Positions 10,054-23,688 of a stretch of DNA of 64,000 nucleotides are shown here, in pieces. How positions within the stretch are numbered: the stretch's first letter is position 1; every line of letters begins with the position of its first letter. A model generated the notes under the pieces. That model was not told the origin of the DNA. It made no database searches and saw nothing but the letters and a program-made list of their open reading frames with translations. Source of the stretch: Heteronotia binoei (Eukaryota); the NCBI RefSeq assembly GCF_032191835.1, contig NC_083234.1, positions 55,304,001 through 55,368,000 on the forward strand, given 5' to 3'. The position numbers and the translations under genes were made by a program.

Positions 10054-13000
10054 CTACACATATTCCTCCATGCACAAATCTGTTGAGAAAGCGAGACAGG
10101 GCAGGTCAGGAAGGGGGGTCCCAAAGGCATCTGGGATATCATCACCCTGTGGTATATTTATTTGTTTGCCATATTTATTAGCTGCCCCTCTATAACAAAA
10201 AAAATGCTTGAGACAGTTCAAAATATCAATAAAACGAGGAATGCTGAGGAATAATGCAAAGCTTAACCCAGTTCTTAAGACAAAGTCACTCATCTATGTG
10301 GCTCCCTCATGCAGTCCAGAAGACGGAATAGTCACCGAGGGGTTTCTTAACCTCTGCATGGAAGCATACCACTTCTGGTGTGCCTAGAGACGCTGGGCAG
10401 GGCATATTTCTAGGATGGAAAACCACCGCCTTCCCAAGATTGCCCTGTATGGCGAACTCTCCACCGGCCATCGAAATAGAGGGGCACCAAAGAAGAGGTA
10501 CAAGGACTCCTTGAAGAAATCCCTTAGCACCTGTCACATCAACCATCACCAGTGGTCTGACCTAGCCTCAGATCGCAAAGCATGGAGGCACACCATCCAC
10601 CAGGCTGTCTCTTCCTTTGAGAAGACACGCATAGCTGGTCTTGAGGACAAAAGGAGATTGAGGAAGAATCGCACTGCTACAGGACCAACCCTAAATCAGA
10701 CTTTTCCCTGCAGCCGCTGTGGCCGGACCTGCCTGTCCCACATTGGTCTTGTCAGCCACCAGCAAGCCTGCAGCAAACGTGGACTATTGCACCCTTCTTA
10801 AATCTTCGTTCGCGAAGCCAAGCCGAGAGAGAGAGAGAGAGAGAGCTGAGTAGTCTTCAACGGTTAATGCCAATAAATAAGGGGCTCTCTTTTTCCCTAT
10901 ATATGCCCTGTTTCTCCTCAATACCTCTCTTTCTCCATCCTTTTTATTAAAAAAACCAGAAAGAAAAGAATCCTGATCCACCAGTGGAAGTCCAGTGTTT
11001 TTTTAAACTGTATGTTCCCTAGGGCAGATCCTGCTCTATGCACACTGATTTTGTGTTTTAAACCATATGAGGAAGCGAGCAGATAATACGTGATCAGGAC
11101 AAAGTCTGGCAGGATGCTTGAACCTGGGTCAGCTTCTTATTCCCTTCCTCCATCAATCAAGTCCCTGATCTCAGACATGTTCTTACTAGTCCGGGGCAAG
11201 ATGAGGATGTCCTCCTTGGTGAGTCCCTGCTCCAAGGCAAACCGAGTAAATTTCTCCAGCAGCTCTGGATTCAGCACCTTGAGTCTACCTGCAAACAACA
11301 CAATGACAGTGAGTGCAGCAGAAGATCAGGGAAGCCTCTTTACCAGATGCATACAGGCAAGGCTGGTAGGGATCAGGCCAGATGCTCCTCAGCATGACCA
11401 GAATCCATCAATATCAGCTCAAGTCTCCAGGAACTGGCAACTCACAGCTGCAAGGCCTAACATCTGCCATTATTACCAAACCCACTTGACGCTCATCGCA
11501 CTTGAATGAAAAGTTCAAGGCAGCCTTGACAAGACCTAGAAATCTTCATTGAGCTCTCTTATCTTTTGAGCCACACACGTGACACCTGGGTTTCTGAAAA
11601 GGATGGGATGCCGGTGTGTCCCTCACCCACATGTGCTACAGCTTGCTGACCCCACTCAGTGCCTCCTCTTCCTCCCTTGTCCCACTGTGTTGGCCCCACT
11701 ACAAGTGGTATCCAAGGGGAGGCAGGGGCCCAGCCATCACCTTTCTCTATTTTTCTCTCTTAAGAGCTGCTTGAAATAAGGAGGGACAGGGCTTTTTTCT
11801 TTCTTTTTCTTTTTTGAGCAGGGATGCACAGGAACATAGTCCCGGGTGGCTTGGATCAGGAGGTGTGGCCTCATATGCAAATAAGTTCCTATCAGGCTTT
11901 TTCTACAAAAAAAATTCCTGAGGAGGGGGCAGACTGAGACTCTGAACTGTTTATTTTTATTTTATTTACTTTCTATTTATATCCTGTCCTCCCTGTAGGC
12001 GGGCTCAGGGTGACTGCATTGAGGAGAGGAATCCTTTGCTCACTGGCTCACAGTCTTTTGCTCCTATCAGTGTCCTAAAACTAGGCTGATTTTCCCCCTG
12101 CCCCAGAACCCCAGTATCTTGTCACCAAGGTGGACAGCACATTTACTGGGCAAAGCTGGGAAACAGGGGAGAAGGGCTGTCTTGGTAGCAAGCAGCAGGT
12201 ATGGAAGGGAGGCACATACCATACAGAGTCACCATTGTGAAGGTTTCTGCTCCCTTGTTCTTCTTGAAGCTCAGCAACGCATACTCATTGTAGTTGGTCT
12301 CCACCACTCGGACATCGTGTTGGCTTCCAGACCCTGGAAGGAAAACCAACTAAACAAAGGACCTAAGTGGAGCCTGCCAGAAAGGGAGGGACAGTGGAGC
12401 TTCCCAGATGCTCCTCTTAGAGAATATACTACACCCCTTCTGCAGGAACCCCAAAGAACGATAGCAGGCAGACTCCAGTGTTGGCCTGTGTGGTTATATT
12501 CTTTGATTATTCTCTGTTAGCCTTGTGACTTGTTGGTATCTCATTATTATAGCGATTTCAATAAAACCCCTTTTCGTTCACCACTGGTGTGCTTATTGTC
12601 CTCATATCCTTTGGGGGAAAAGAACTCTTTTCCTCTTGGCAATACAGTCACTAGCACGGATAGTTTGAAAAGGGGATTAGATAGATACATGGAGAAGAGG
12701 CTAACAGTTGTGATGACTAAAGGGAGAAGCAGTGAACATGTCAATACCAGTGGGCAAGATCTTGGCCTCTGTCCCCTGTTTGTTGCCTCCCCGCCCCTGG
12801 ATAAATAGTTAGCTGCTCTTAGGGTTGTCAGTCCTCAGTTGGGGGCAAGGGATCTCCTGGTTTGGAGGCCCTCCCGCCAGGGTTATCAGAAAGCGGGGGG
12901 GGGGGGAAATGTCCACATGATGCTTTATTACAGGTATGTCCAACAGGTAGATCGTGATCTACCAGTAGATCACGGAGGGGTCAGAGGTAGATCACCAGTC

Positions 13001-16000
13001 CCACTTGGTATCATGGTTTGCTGGACAGGTGTTTGGGGGGGGGGTTGTTTGTTGATTGTTTGGTGTGGTGATATTTGATTATGGGTGCCAGTATGAAGAA
13101 TTCTTATTTTTACTTTTAGAACTGCATGTGTGGTTTTGGCATCATCCAGTGGTCTTCAGTTCCTGTTGATCTATAATACTTTGGGACAGTGACAGTTTTG
13201 GACCAGATTCAGTCAGTGTTAACTTAGCACTGCAGCCACCCCAGTATAACGAAGATGAGTGTTCCAAAGAAGAGCAAAACCGACCACTTTCATGATGAAT
13301 GGGAAATGAACTACTTCTTCATCATGGTGAAAGAAAAGTTGTTGTCTACTTTGTAACGCCGCTGTATCCTTGCCCAAACAGCGTAATCTGGAGCGTCATT
13401 ATAAGGTTCTGCATAGCAATACGTTTGATACTGATTTTCCACCCAAAAGTGAAATTCGTAAACTGAAGCTCAAAAAACTTAAATCTAAATTGGCTGCACA
13501 GCAACAGTTGATGGTAAAGCCAAGGTCACATTCGGTCAATGCAACCATGGTGTCCTTCAAGGTCAGCAACCTGATCGCAAAGAAAGGCAAACTTTTCAAT
13601 AAAGCAGAATTTGTAAAAGATTGTTTTCTTGAAGCAGCAGACAATCTTTTGGAAGGATTTAAGAATAAGAAAGAGATCATAGCTGCTGTTCGAGATGTAC
13701 AATTGTCAAGAAACACCGTCATGCAGCAAATAGAAAAGATGTGTGGAGACGCAACTGAACAATTATTAGAGGATGTTTCAGTTTGTGTTGCTTTCTCACT
13801 CCAACTGGATGAATCTACAGACATGAGACATAGCCCAGTTACTAGTCTTTATCCGGATGGTTTTTGAAGACTTCAGTGTTAAAGAAGAATTACTTGGAAT
13901 GATTTCTTTAAAAGGGAGAACTACCGGTCAGGAAATATTCAGCTCTTTCCATTCTTTTGTGACAAAGTGTAATCTTCCATTGCATAAACTTGTTTCCATC
14001 ACTACTGATGAAGCAAGAGCAATGACAGGTGAGGTTAATGGTTTCATAGGCCTCTGTAGACAGCATGACGACTTTCCAGATTTCCTTTCTTACCACTGCA
14101 TCATTCACCAGAAAGTTTTGGCAAGCAAGAGACTCAATATAAAGACTGTCATGGACATCACTTTCAAAATTGTAAATTCAGTTTGTGAAGATCACTTCAA
14201 AGATTGCTTTTTAATCTTACTCTTGATGAAGGGGCAGCGGAAATCAATTTGCACACAGATGTAAGGTGGCTAAGTAGGCATAAATTTCTGCAAAGATTTC
14301 ATGATTTGCTGAATGAAATAAGAAGGTTTTTGAAGGAGAGGGGAGATGACAAAGCAGAGTTGGAAGGAGGAGTGGTTATGTGATCTGGCATTTCTCGCTG
14401 ACTTTACAGGTGAACTAAGTGATGTGAACATTAAACTACAAGGTAAAAACAAATACATTGGCAAGATGATGAGTACAGTTTCATACTACAAGAGCAAATT
14501 TGAGCTAATGATGACTGACCTTGCAAACAACACTTTTGATAATTTTCCTAATACGCAGGACCGTCTGGGGCAATATGCAAATTTTGAACCTGCTCTGTTA
14601 TCCAGGAATTCGAAAAAAGATTCTGTGACTTCCAAAGAATTGAAAAAGTTGTGGAGTACTTGTCATACCCATTCAAAGCAGATATGGACATTAAGGAAAC
14701 TGCAGCTGCTATCAGTAAAAATTATTCGTTGAACAAGGCATCTCTTGAAAACAAAATAGTAACCCTTAAAAATGACATTTTTCTCAAGACCTGTGCTGAG
14801 CAAAAATCATTTTGGAAGCTAGTGCCTAGAGACAAATTTTCCAACTTGAGAAGATGCAATGAAGCTGTACACTCCTGTTTCGGTTCAACTTATTTGTGTG
14901 AATCTGTGTTTTTCCATCTGAAAATGACAAAGAGTACACAGCATTCCAACATGACAGATGAACATCTCCAGGATTCTCTGAGACTGGCCCTCACACAATA
15001 TTCACCCAACTTCAAAAAGCTGGTGGATGAAATGCAGGCTCAGACATCTCACTAATTAGCAAGAGCGAAGTTTTAAGCGCAAGATCAGCCTGGATCAATA
15101 CTTGACTTACATTTAACACAAATTACTCAATAAAAGTTAAAGAAAGTTATTAAGACAGTTAAAGAAAGTTATAACAATAAAAATTTAAGAAAAACTGTTC
15201 GCAGTTCTTTCTGGATCTTCGTCTCTGTTTTGTTTTTGCTTATTTTGCTTACCAGAAGTGACAGAAGATGCATTGTAAATAGGGGGCGGGGTGGGGGGTG
15301 GAACCCAACTTTGGTGTTTTAAAATCTAATTCAAAACTAATTTGACACTTAATTTTCACAGTGGTAGATCACCAGCACTTTTGTCCGGAAAAAATAGATC
15401 ACGACCTGTTTGAAGTTGGACACTCCTGCTCTATTATATTCTATGGAGACTGGTTTTCCAATCTTTGCAACGATGGTTAAGCAAATGAAAGATGTAGAGG
15501 GTGCATTGTTTTGCGTGTTTGAAGTTGCTTTGGATTTGAATAAGCTTAGAAAAAAGCGGCCAACGAAACAAGCCCTGCATATTAGTTTTGCCTGTTGCTG
15601 CATTTACACTACAAATGGATTTGAAATATATACATCTCTAAACTACTGCATGGAGAAAAGTGAGAATTTTATGTGAAGACTGTGGATTGTGTTCAATTTA
15701 AAGACCATATGGGGTCAGATTGTGCATATCCGTGGGTATTGAATTCACTATAGAAAGAATTTGAAACACATTGCAATTATTTTGGAAGTTATTTATAAAG
15801 ATTATTGCATTTATTACAACAGACTTAAAAGATGTCATTGGCATGGAGCTTCATGGCTTGCAGGGCTTTTGTTGAGCAGGAACTCACAGTTCCGGCTGGC
15901 TTGGTGCCAGGGGGTGTGGCCTAATATGAAAATGAGTTCCTGTTGGGCTTTTTCTACAAAAAAAGTGCTGTGCAAAAAAATGGTGATGTTAGGGGAGTGG

Positions 16001-19000
16001 CCTAATATGCAAATGAGTTCTTGCTGGGCTTTTTCTACATAAAAAGCCCTGACAGTTTGTCTTCTATTCTCCAGTCTATCTGATTCTTCTGGGTTTGCAA
16101 TCCCCAGTTGGGTGAAGGGGATCCCCTAGTTTGAAGGCCCTCCTCCCCACTTCAGGGTTGTTGGCAACAACAGAAAGAGGTTTGGACTCTGCACTCTGCT
16201 TGTGGTCTTTAGTCTGGGGACAGCTGGTTGACCACCACTGGCAACAGGATGCTGGCCTAGATGGGCCTTGTTCTGATCCAGCAGTGCCTTTCCAATGTTC
16301 TACCTGATGTCCAATGACCTTCCTTAACTGGATTTGGAGGTCACTGTTCTAGGCTGGCCAAAGGCAATTCTTCTTTGCTTTTGGCAGAGTCCGCTGCTAG
16401 AACCTGTTTTCTTGGACTGGCAAGGGCAAAATGTTCCACAACCGCTTGGAAGCAAACAGGTACCAATTTATTTACCCAGCTGCTCCTGCCTCTCTGCCCT
16501 TAACAATGAAAGCCACTGTTTTCAGCCAGCCTAGCCACTGCCCCAAATGAGCTCAGGTTCACCCCACTTACGTAGGCTGGTGTAGCTGAATCGGCCTGGC
16601 TGGTCAGTTGGAACAAAAAGGCTCTTTCTTGACTCACACTGGTCAAGCCTAAAGCACAGATAAAGGAACACACACACACACAAAAAGCATTATGTGAAGG
16701 TACAAGAAGTTTCTGAGCATCTCTTGAACAGGGGGAGCAGGGGGCACTTTCATTCTTCTGGGCTTCCATTTTATGAAATACCTTTCCTGCCCAGATCTGA
16801 TGATTGAAGAAAAAGGGAAAGAAACTTATGGAACTCACCACCACCAGATAGAGAGGGCCACTAGCTTAGACAGGGAAGAGAAGACCAACAGTGGCTATTG
16901 GGCAAGGTGGTTAACTGAAATCTCCATGCACAGAAGTAGTGCCTCTCTTATTATTAGTTTCTGGGCTATACCAGATTTATGCCTGTGCTTTAACCTGCTT
17001 CTGTATTTTGAGAAGACAGAAAACAGGATACTGGATTAGATGAACCTTTAGCCTCAGTCACAATAGTTTTTAGGTTTTTCAAACACAGCTTCATACAACG
17101 CATTACCAACCTGTGGAATTCACTGCCAGAAGAAATGGTGATTATCACAAGGTAAAATTGCTTTGATAAAGGACTGGGCGAATATATGGAGGAACTATTA
17201 ATAGTTACTCTGCATGGAAGTTATATAAAACCTCCTTGTCTAGTGGTAGGGTATATCATTGCCTTTATGCTCTACTTAACATGGCTACCCACCTGAAACT
17301 CTTTACACTTAAGGTTAACAGCAGTTAACAGCTGCACAAATTTATGCCAATGCATTAAACAAGGTGTGGCAGAAACGGTCCGATTCTGCCTTCAGACCCA
17401 GTCCCGTCAACTCCCTTTTGAATTGCCAATTCTTGTCACAAGATCTCGTGTGCAAAGCTTCCTGATAAAAGACTCACAACAACTAGTGTTTGGGGTGCAG
17501 AAATGTTATGAAATATTGATCAACGTGTCAATTACCAGTAATGTTAAGTAATGGGCTGTGTTATACAGGTTCATGGCTGATCTTCTATTGTCAGTTTTGA
17601 CGTAGCTTGATTCTTTAACTGTAAAAGGTTGCTGACCCCTGGCCAAGATAGTGTTTGTTCTTTTGATTAAAACCTATTAGAAACACAGTTATCTGCTATC
17701 AGACTTACAAATCTACCTCCAGGGCAGCAGTATACAAAAGAGCAGACTGTACCCTGCATGTGACACATTAGTGTCCATTCATGTGTTTTCATGCTCTGGA
17801 GACAAAAAGGTCAGTATTCTCCACTCAGAACTGCAACTATTAAAGATCTTGCAGAAGGAGCTGAACCTTGAAGGTAATAAATGCTTGCAGCTAGGGTTGC
17901 CAACTTCCAGGAGGGGACTGGACATCTCCTGGAATTAGAGCTGATCTCTAAATGACAGAAACCAGTTCCTCTGGGAAAAAATGCCTTTTTGTTGCAGGGG
18001 GGTCTCTGTGGCTTTATACCCCACTGAAGTCCTGTCCCTTCCCAAGCCCCTCTCTCCTCAAGCTCCATTCCCAAAATCTCCAGGTGTTTCCCAAGCCAGA
18101 AGTGGCAAACCTACTTGCAACTCAATACTACGACAGGAGGACAGCCGTTGTCCAGATCCTGCAGACTGTCACTGCTACAAAGCGTGCTTTCCCATTGCCC
18201 ACCCCATCTCCAGCTTACTTGGGGTAGGTGGAAGTGACATTCAGGTTTCCATCTTCTGTGGGTGTGACCACCGTGGTGCACATCTTCATCACCGACTTCT
18301 TCTCCTTGAACCATCTGGAATTTGAGGCCAAGCCGATGCTGTACCATCTCCCTAGGAACTGTGGTCACCAACCCACTCATTAGAGGAGAAAGAAAAGCTA
18401 CCACTTATCAAGGCATCTTCTCACCGCTGCACTCTTTGCCTTTCTCACCTCATTTCCCTGGTGTTTCAATGACAGTGTGAAAGCTTTCAAGTCACACGAG
18501 AATTTTCTTTTCCCAAGCTAAACAGCAAAATGAGCTCCCTTGCTTTTTATAAACCGCTTTCTTCTTAAATTTTGCAGCTGCACATGGAGCAGTCCAAGTG
18601 CTCCCAGTTATGCCAGAAGCTTCCCACAGAGGGGGGAGGGGTTTAGGCACAGGCAAAAGGGCAGAGAGCAGGAGTCCCCCTCCTTCACCCATGCTTCACC
18701 CGTGGTCAGCAAAATCAACTTCTGAGGCTTTCAAAGCAATATTCTTGGAGCTGGCTGTGACACTGATCAAAGCAGAGACCACTCATGGGGGGAAAAAACA
18801 CTGCATTTTTTAGCCCTCAAACTCCTACATCACACTGCATCATTGCTAGACTGGCAAATAAACAGCAGGTGCTGTTTTTGTGTTTGCTTGTTTGTTCTTC
18901 ATTGTGCATTGCCTTAGAGAGGCCTACAGAAAAGGGACTGCATTTTTATGTTTAAAAATAGCTGTGCGAAGAGCAGCAATGTCTTGCCAATGACCCAGGA

Positions 19001-20428
19001 CTAAAGACAATCTCAGTCCTGAGACTAAAAGCTGTTTTACGTGATGCTGTCCTTGAGAAGCACTCCCCCCCCCGCCCCCGTCATCGCTGCAGCTGCCAGT
19101 ACAGCCCACCAGCCCTTCCAAACGGTGGCTTTCTCTGCATTTTCCTTGCCACATCCATCCTCACAGGGGCCACCACCATCACCACCCCCACCACCCAGGG
19201 GCTGCCACGAGACTTTTGTGTGAACAGGACCAGGAACAACTCAAACTTTTGCACCTTCACACCAGCCACCCAGCCTTTCTGGAGATCTTGCCCAAAACTT
19301 TGCAGCAAAGCAGGTTTAGGATAGATCTCAGAAAGGCATGAGATAACCTGGGAAACACACCAAGGAACCACGATGCTATGGGAAAACAGGGGGAAAACCT
19401 GCTTCCCAAAAGCTACAAACCTGGGACAAGGAGCCTGCATGGAAGAGGTTTAAGAGGCATTGGGAGGGGGGGAATGTACGTTCTTTTGCCACTGAGAGTA
19501 TTACTAGCCTTCATGGCAGATAAAAAATAAGTTCCATTATCCCAGTAAGTCTATATTTTCATTGCAACTCATGCACAGTTCAGTGCAAAGGCTGGGATTC
19601 TTTTCAGGATTTTGAAACACTAGATGCATGCAGTCACCAATTTTGGCTCACAGCAAGAGAACTGACTAGAGTTGGATCTGGGGATGGTTCCATTTTGCTA
19701 ATGGCAGTGCTTTCCCTTGATGTAAGGAAACTTCTGTTATCAATGAAACATTCTTTGTCTCAGAGGAAAATATCACTGTTAACACAACAGATCCTCCAGA
19801 TCCAACCCACTGTACCACCCAACTCTATCTTCTTGGAAGAGATTTGCCATGAATATTGTCATGGAATGATATCGCACACAGTGGCAACTGGCATATGATG
19901 AAAGAAAAAGAGGAAGCCTATCTTATCTCCTTGACCTTTGCTCAGGCACTAGAATGACAACCAAACTGACCTGTGCTCACCCATCTAGCAAATTTCACCC
20001 ATGCTTTGCCCCAGAACTTGTTTCCACAGGACTCAGCCGCCACTGCCCCCCCTCCAAAAAAAACCAAACAGAGGCTGAATGATAAAACTACTATTGGTAC
20101 ATAGTACAAAAGATCACTTTGCAAGACCTTAGAAGATCAGCTAATGTTTAACAAGATTTATCTAAACCAGCAGCTGAGGTCTTGCATAGAGTTCCTCTTT
20201 CTATTCTGCTGGTTCTGTAAGGGTTTTAAGGACCATACTCAGCAGCTGCATTTTGCAAACTCAGCTCTTTGCAAGGGCCCCTGGACTAAGGGATGAACAA
20301 GCATGACACAACTTAGGATTGGTTACCTGATCTTGCTGGAAGTCAGGTTGCACAGGCACTTCAGCCTGTGTCTGAAGCAAGCACCCGAGAATCAGGGCCA
20401 GAAAGCCAACGAGCCGTGGCTGCTGCAT
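10054..20428 (-). CDS. PTGDS: Lipocalin-type prostaglandin D2 synthase, complete, 6 coding exons, 186 aa
   Basis: Exons on minus: 20428-20327, 18358-18219, 16648-16572, 12333-12220, 11288-11187, 10079-10054 (561 bp, all GT-AG). Protein: [186 protein letters not shown]. Carries the [11 protein letters not shown] and KMC motifs; position next to C8G is syntenic. Confidence 0.93.
10388..10846 (+). mobile_element. RTE-clade LINE, 5'-truncated 3' end
   Basis: Encodes [23 protein letters not shown]...[23 protein letters not shown] (RTE C-terminal Cys/His motif), then a (GA)n tail. Confidence 0.9.
12931..15428 (+). mobile_element. Near full-length hAT (Charlie/GTF2IRD2-like) DNA transposon in PTGDS intron 3
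   Basis: TIRs CAGGTATGTCCAAC and CAGGAGTGTCCAAC (reverse complement); 8-bp TSD ctttatta / ctctatta; subterminal GTAGATC repeats at both ends; transposase inside. Confidence 0.93.
13255..15055 (+). pseudogene. Frameshifted hAT transposase
   Basis: Starts [16 protein letters not shown]; BED-type zinc finger CCLLC...RHYKVLH; LQLDESTD; ITTDEA; HCIIHQ; HTDVRWLSR; YLCESVF; ends QAQTSH*. At least five frame changes split it across the ORF-track entries. Confidence 0.92.
17892..18113. mobile_element. TAGGG-TIR hAT MITE
   Basis: TIRs plus 8-bp TSD cttgcagc / cttgcaac. Confidence 0.85.
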
Positions 20429-20522
20429 GCTTGATGCTCTGTCCTGTCCGCAGTTGGTTCTGCAGTGCTCAGCTTGTCCAGTGGCAGAAATTAACGTGAG
20501 TCAGGAATCCAAGCCAGGCAGC

Positions 20523-20530
20523 TATTTATT
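20523..20530 (-). promoter_or_regulatory. TATA-like element (AATAAATA) of PTGDS
   Basis: About 95 bp upstream of the ATG at 20428; position is plausible, motif match only. Confidence 0.45.
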
Positions 20531-21406
20531 GGCCGGACTAGCAACAACCCAGGGAGGGACTGTGCTGACTGTTTACAAGCAGCGCCCCCCCCCCCCCGCT
20601 CTCCCCGCCATCCCACCGAGCTGGATTATGCAAGAAAAAGAAAGAGAGAGAAAAAGAGAGAGAATACCCCCTCCCCTTCCCAAACATTGCACCCTGGAGT
20701 TTTGGCATGTTTGCAGTCCAGCAAGCTAAACATGGTTCCCAGGCCAGCTCTGAGGCCAGCCAAGACCCCTGGGATGGGGGGCAGAAAAGGGCAGCCAAGA
20801 CCTCTGGGATGGAGGATAGCAAAGGCCGGGGAAGGCAGATACTGGAGTAAAGGCCCAAAAAGGCTTTGGTCACTCTGAGATCTACACACACAGGTATTTT
20901 CCTCCAGACCTCTGTTTGCTCAGCTGTATAAAGATCAGCATGGCAACACCCTGCTGTTGACACTTGTACTTTTTAGTTTTAGAAGACCTGACATCAGGCT
21001 GGAAGGGCTGCAGATTCATTCATTGCATCCACACACTGCAAGCTGCTGTAACGCTGAGACTTTCACCATGGCGGTGGGGGGGGGGGCAGATTCTTGGAAT
21101 GGCAGGGGGTGTTAACAAGATTAGGTCTACTTTGCTGGATCCTGTTCCCAAGAGCAACCAGCAGCTTCCTCTAGAGCTTCACAAGCTGGGTATGAAGAGG
21201 ATAATTGTCCACCTGTGCTTTATTTGTAGGCTCCATTTTTTACTCAGTTTGTAGCTATTGATACCTCAGCCTTCCATAAATGTATTGCATGCTTCCTATC
21301 TTCATGAGTGGAGAAGTTCCAGAGCAAAACTACCCGGCTGGGTTTTCTTAGGATGGGAAGGAATACTCTCCACTTCTGCTCTGTTTTAAATGTTAAATAT
21401 TCCAAG

Positions 21407-21590
21407 CAGGGCTTTTTTTGTAGCAGGAACTCCTTTGCATATTAGGCCACACATCCCTGATGTAGCCAATCCTCCAGGAGCTTACAGGGCTCTTAGTACA
21501 GGGGCTACTTTAAGCTCCAGGAGGACAGGCTACATCAGGGGTGTGTGGCCTAATATGCAAAGGAGTTCCTGCTACAAAAAAAGAGAGCCC
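21407..21590. mobile_element. Palindromic CAGGGCTTTTTT MITE
   Basis: Whole-length palindrome. Family members at 3292-3442, 11790-11915, 15862-16050, 34582-34778, 35340-35914, 44253-44436, 47440-47530, 49503-49693 and 54086-54266. Confidence 0.85.
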
Positions 21591-22076
21591 AAGTATATTA
21601 TAAGACTCCAAATTGGCACTCGTGCATGGCAGTAGATCCACACCCCCAATCAAAGATTCTGGAGAGCTACTGCCAATCAGAAAATATTGAACTAGACATA
21701 CCAACAGGGCTGACATTCATTAGGCACAGTAGACAAAGGCGTATTCGGCTTTGCATCAGTCCCCAGTGCCTCCAGTGAAGGGAAGCTCCTTTTTTGGCTC
21801 ACACCCTGAAGAGCTGGTGCCAGTCAGTACAGACAACACTGGTCTAGATAGCTCAAGCCAATAGAAAACAGCTTCATGCTTTCATAACTCTCAGTCATTG
21901 GACATACTAGAACTTTGTTAGCAGCATGTATTCAATTAACCAATTTCTCTAACTTGCAATCCACAGTCCAGAAACAAGAGCACAGTTAGGGTTGCCATCT
22001 TCTAGATGATATATGAACAATACAACCAATATGGTATAGTGACAAAAATGACTAACAATTTACAAAATTCAATTGT

Positions 22077-22279
22077 ATTGTGAAAAATACTTCAATAGTC
22101 TGAGTTTCCAAACAACTCTTGAAGCAATACAATATTTCAATTGTCATAAACTCTTTGAAACAATCTTAATACATTTTTAAAAGGACACCTCTGCCACAAT
22201 CTCTAAACCAGCACTCACAAACTTGCTCAAACTTGAAGAATGGTTTGGAAACTCAGACTATTGAAGTATTTTTCACAAT
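22077..22279. repeat. Perfect 37-bp inverted repeat with 129-bp spacer
   Basis: attgtgaaaaatacttcaatagtctgagtttccaaac at 22077-22113; exact reverse complement at 22243-22279. Confidence 0.9.
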
Positions 22280-22284
22280 TGAAA

Positions 22285-22712
22285 TATCCCTTGCTTGAGG
22301 AAAGGTTGAAGGAGCTGGGGATGTTTAGCCTGGAGAGGAGGTGGCTGAGAGGTAATATGATCACCATCTTCAAGTACTTGAAGGGCTGACATATAGAGGA
22401 TGGTGTGGAATTGTTTTCTGTGGCTCCGGAAGGTAGGACCAGAACCAATGGGTTGAAATTAAACCAAAAGAGTTTCTGGCACAACATTAGGAAGAACTTC
22501 CTGACCATTAGAGCGATTCCTCAGTGGAACTGGCTTCCTCGGGAGGTGGTGGGCTCTCCTTCCTTGGAGGTTTTTAAACAGAGGCTAGATGGCCATCTGA
22601 CAGCAATGAAGATCCTGTGAATTTAGGGGGAGGTGTTTGTGAGTTTCCTGCATTGCGCAGGGGGTTGGACTAGATGATCCTAGAGGTCCCTTCCAACTCT
22701 GTGATTGTATGA
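22285..22712 (+). mobile_element. CR1 LINE 3' fragment
   Basis: EERLKELGMFSLE...GRTRTNGLKL...QWNWLPREVVGSPSLEVFKQRLD, followed by a typical CR1 3' UTR. Confidence 0.9.
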
Positions 22713-23430
22713 AAGCTTTGAAACAGGTGCATCAAGTAAATTCCCTGTCCTTGGGGTTCCATTTTTATGTGGCTACACCAATAAGTTTAAAAGAATATAT
22801 CCTTACATGGAACCTTGTCAGTAGTTTGAAACTGAAGAGGTTTTCTCATGCGTAATTTTTTTAAATTTTCAAAATAAACTTTATTACACTTTAATATTCA
22901 AGTTACATCCAAAGCTATGAAATGAAATTTTAAATTACATCACATAATTTCAGATCCCATTAATTTTTTTTTGGGGGGGGGGGGATTTGTGGAAATATTG
23001 TCTTTGCCTTTAATACAATTGAATTTTGTAAATTGTTAGTAATTTTTGTTACTATAACCTATAGGTTGTGTTATTCATATTCTTGTGTGACATCTCTCAT
23101 AGCTTCTAGATGATGGCTACTGATCTCCAGTATTACAACTGATCTCCACCTTGAGAAAATGGCCACTTTGGAAGCTGGACTCTATGGCATTATGCCCCAA
23201 ATCCCATCCACATCAGCCTCTGCTCCCAAAATCTCCAGGTATTTCCCAACGCAGAGCTGGCAATCCTAGGCACAGTTCATGTGATTCCTTTTGTTAGGGT
23301 CAACCAAACTGACATAAAGCCCTGTGCAAACTTTGGAGCTCAGCAAAACTCTGCATCAGGCCAGATCTTACCAAAATCAAAAAAGGTGTGGGCAATGGTT
23401 TCAGGCCACAATTTAAAGACCCATCCATAG

Positions 23431-23688
23431 GTCAGATGCTGAAGCTCAAATACTTTGGCCACCAAATGAGAAGGGAGCACTCACTGGAGAATATCCTGAT
23501 GCTGGGAAAGACAGAAGGCAAAAGAAGAAGGGGACAGCAAAAGATGAGATGGCTGGACAGTGTTACTGATGTAACTAACATGAATTTGAGCAAACTTCGG
23601 AGGATGGTGGAAGACACGAGGGCCTGGCGTGACTTGGTCTATGGGGTCACAAAGAGTCGGACTCGACTGTGCAACTGAGCAACAACAA
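23431..23688 (+). mobile_element. BovB-type RTE LINE 3' end
   Basis: QMLKLKYFGHQMRREHSLENILMLGKTEGKRRRGQQKMRWLD...VTKSRTRLCN, a (CAA)n tail and a ccatag TSD. Confidence 0.88.
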
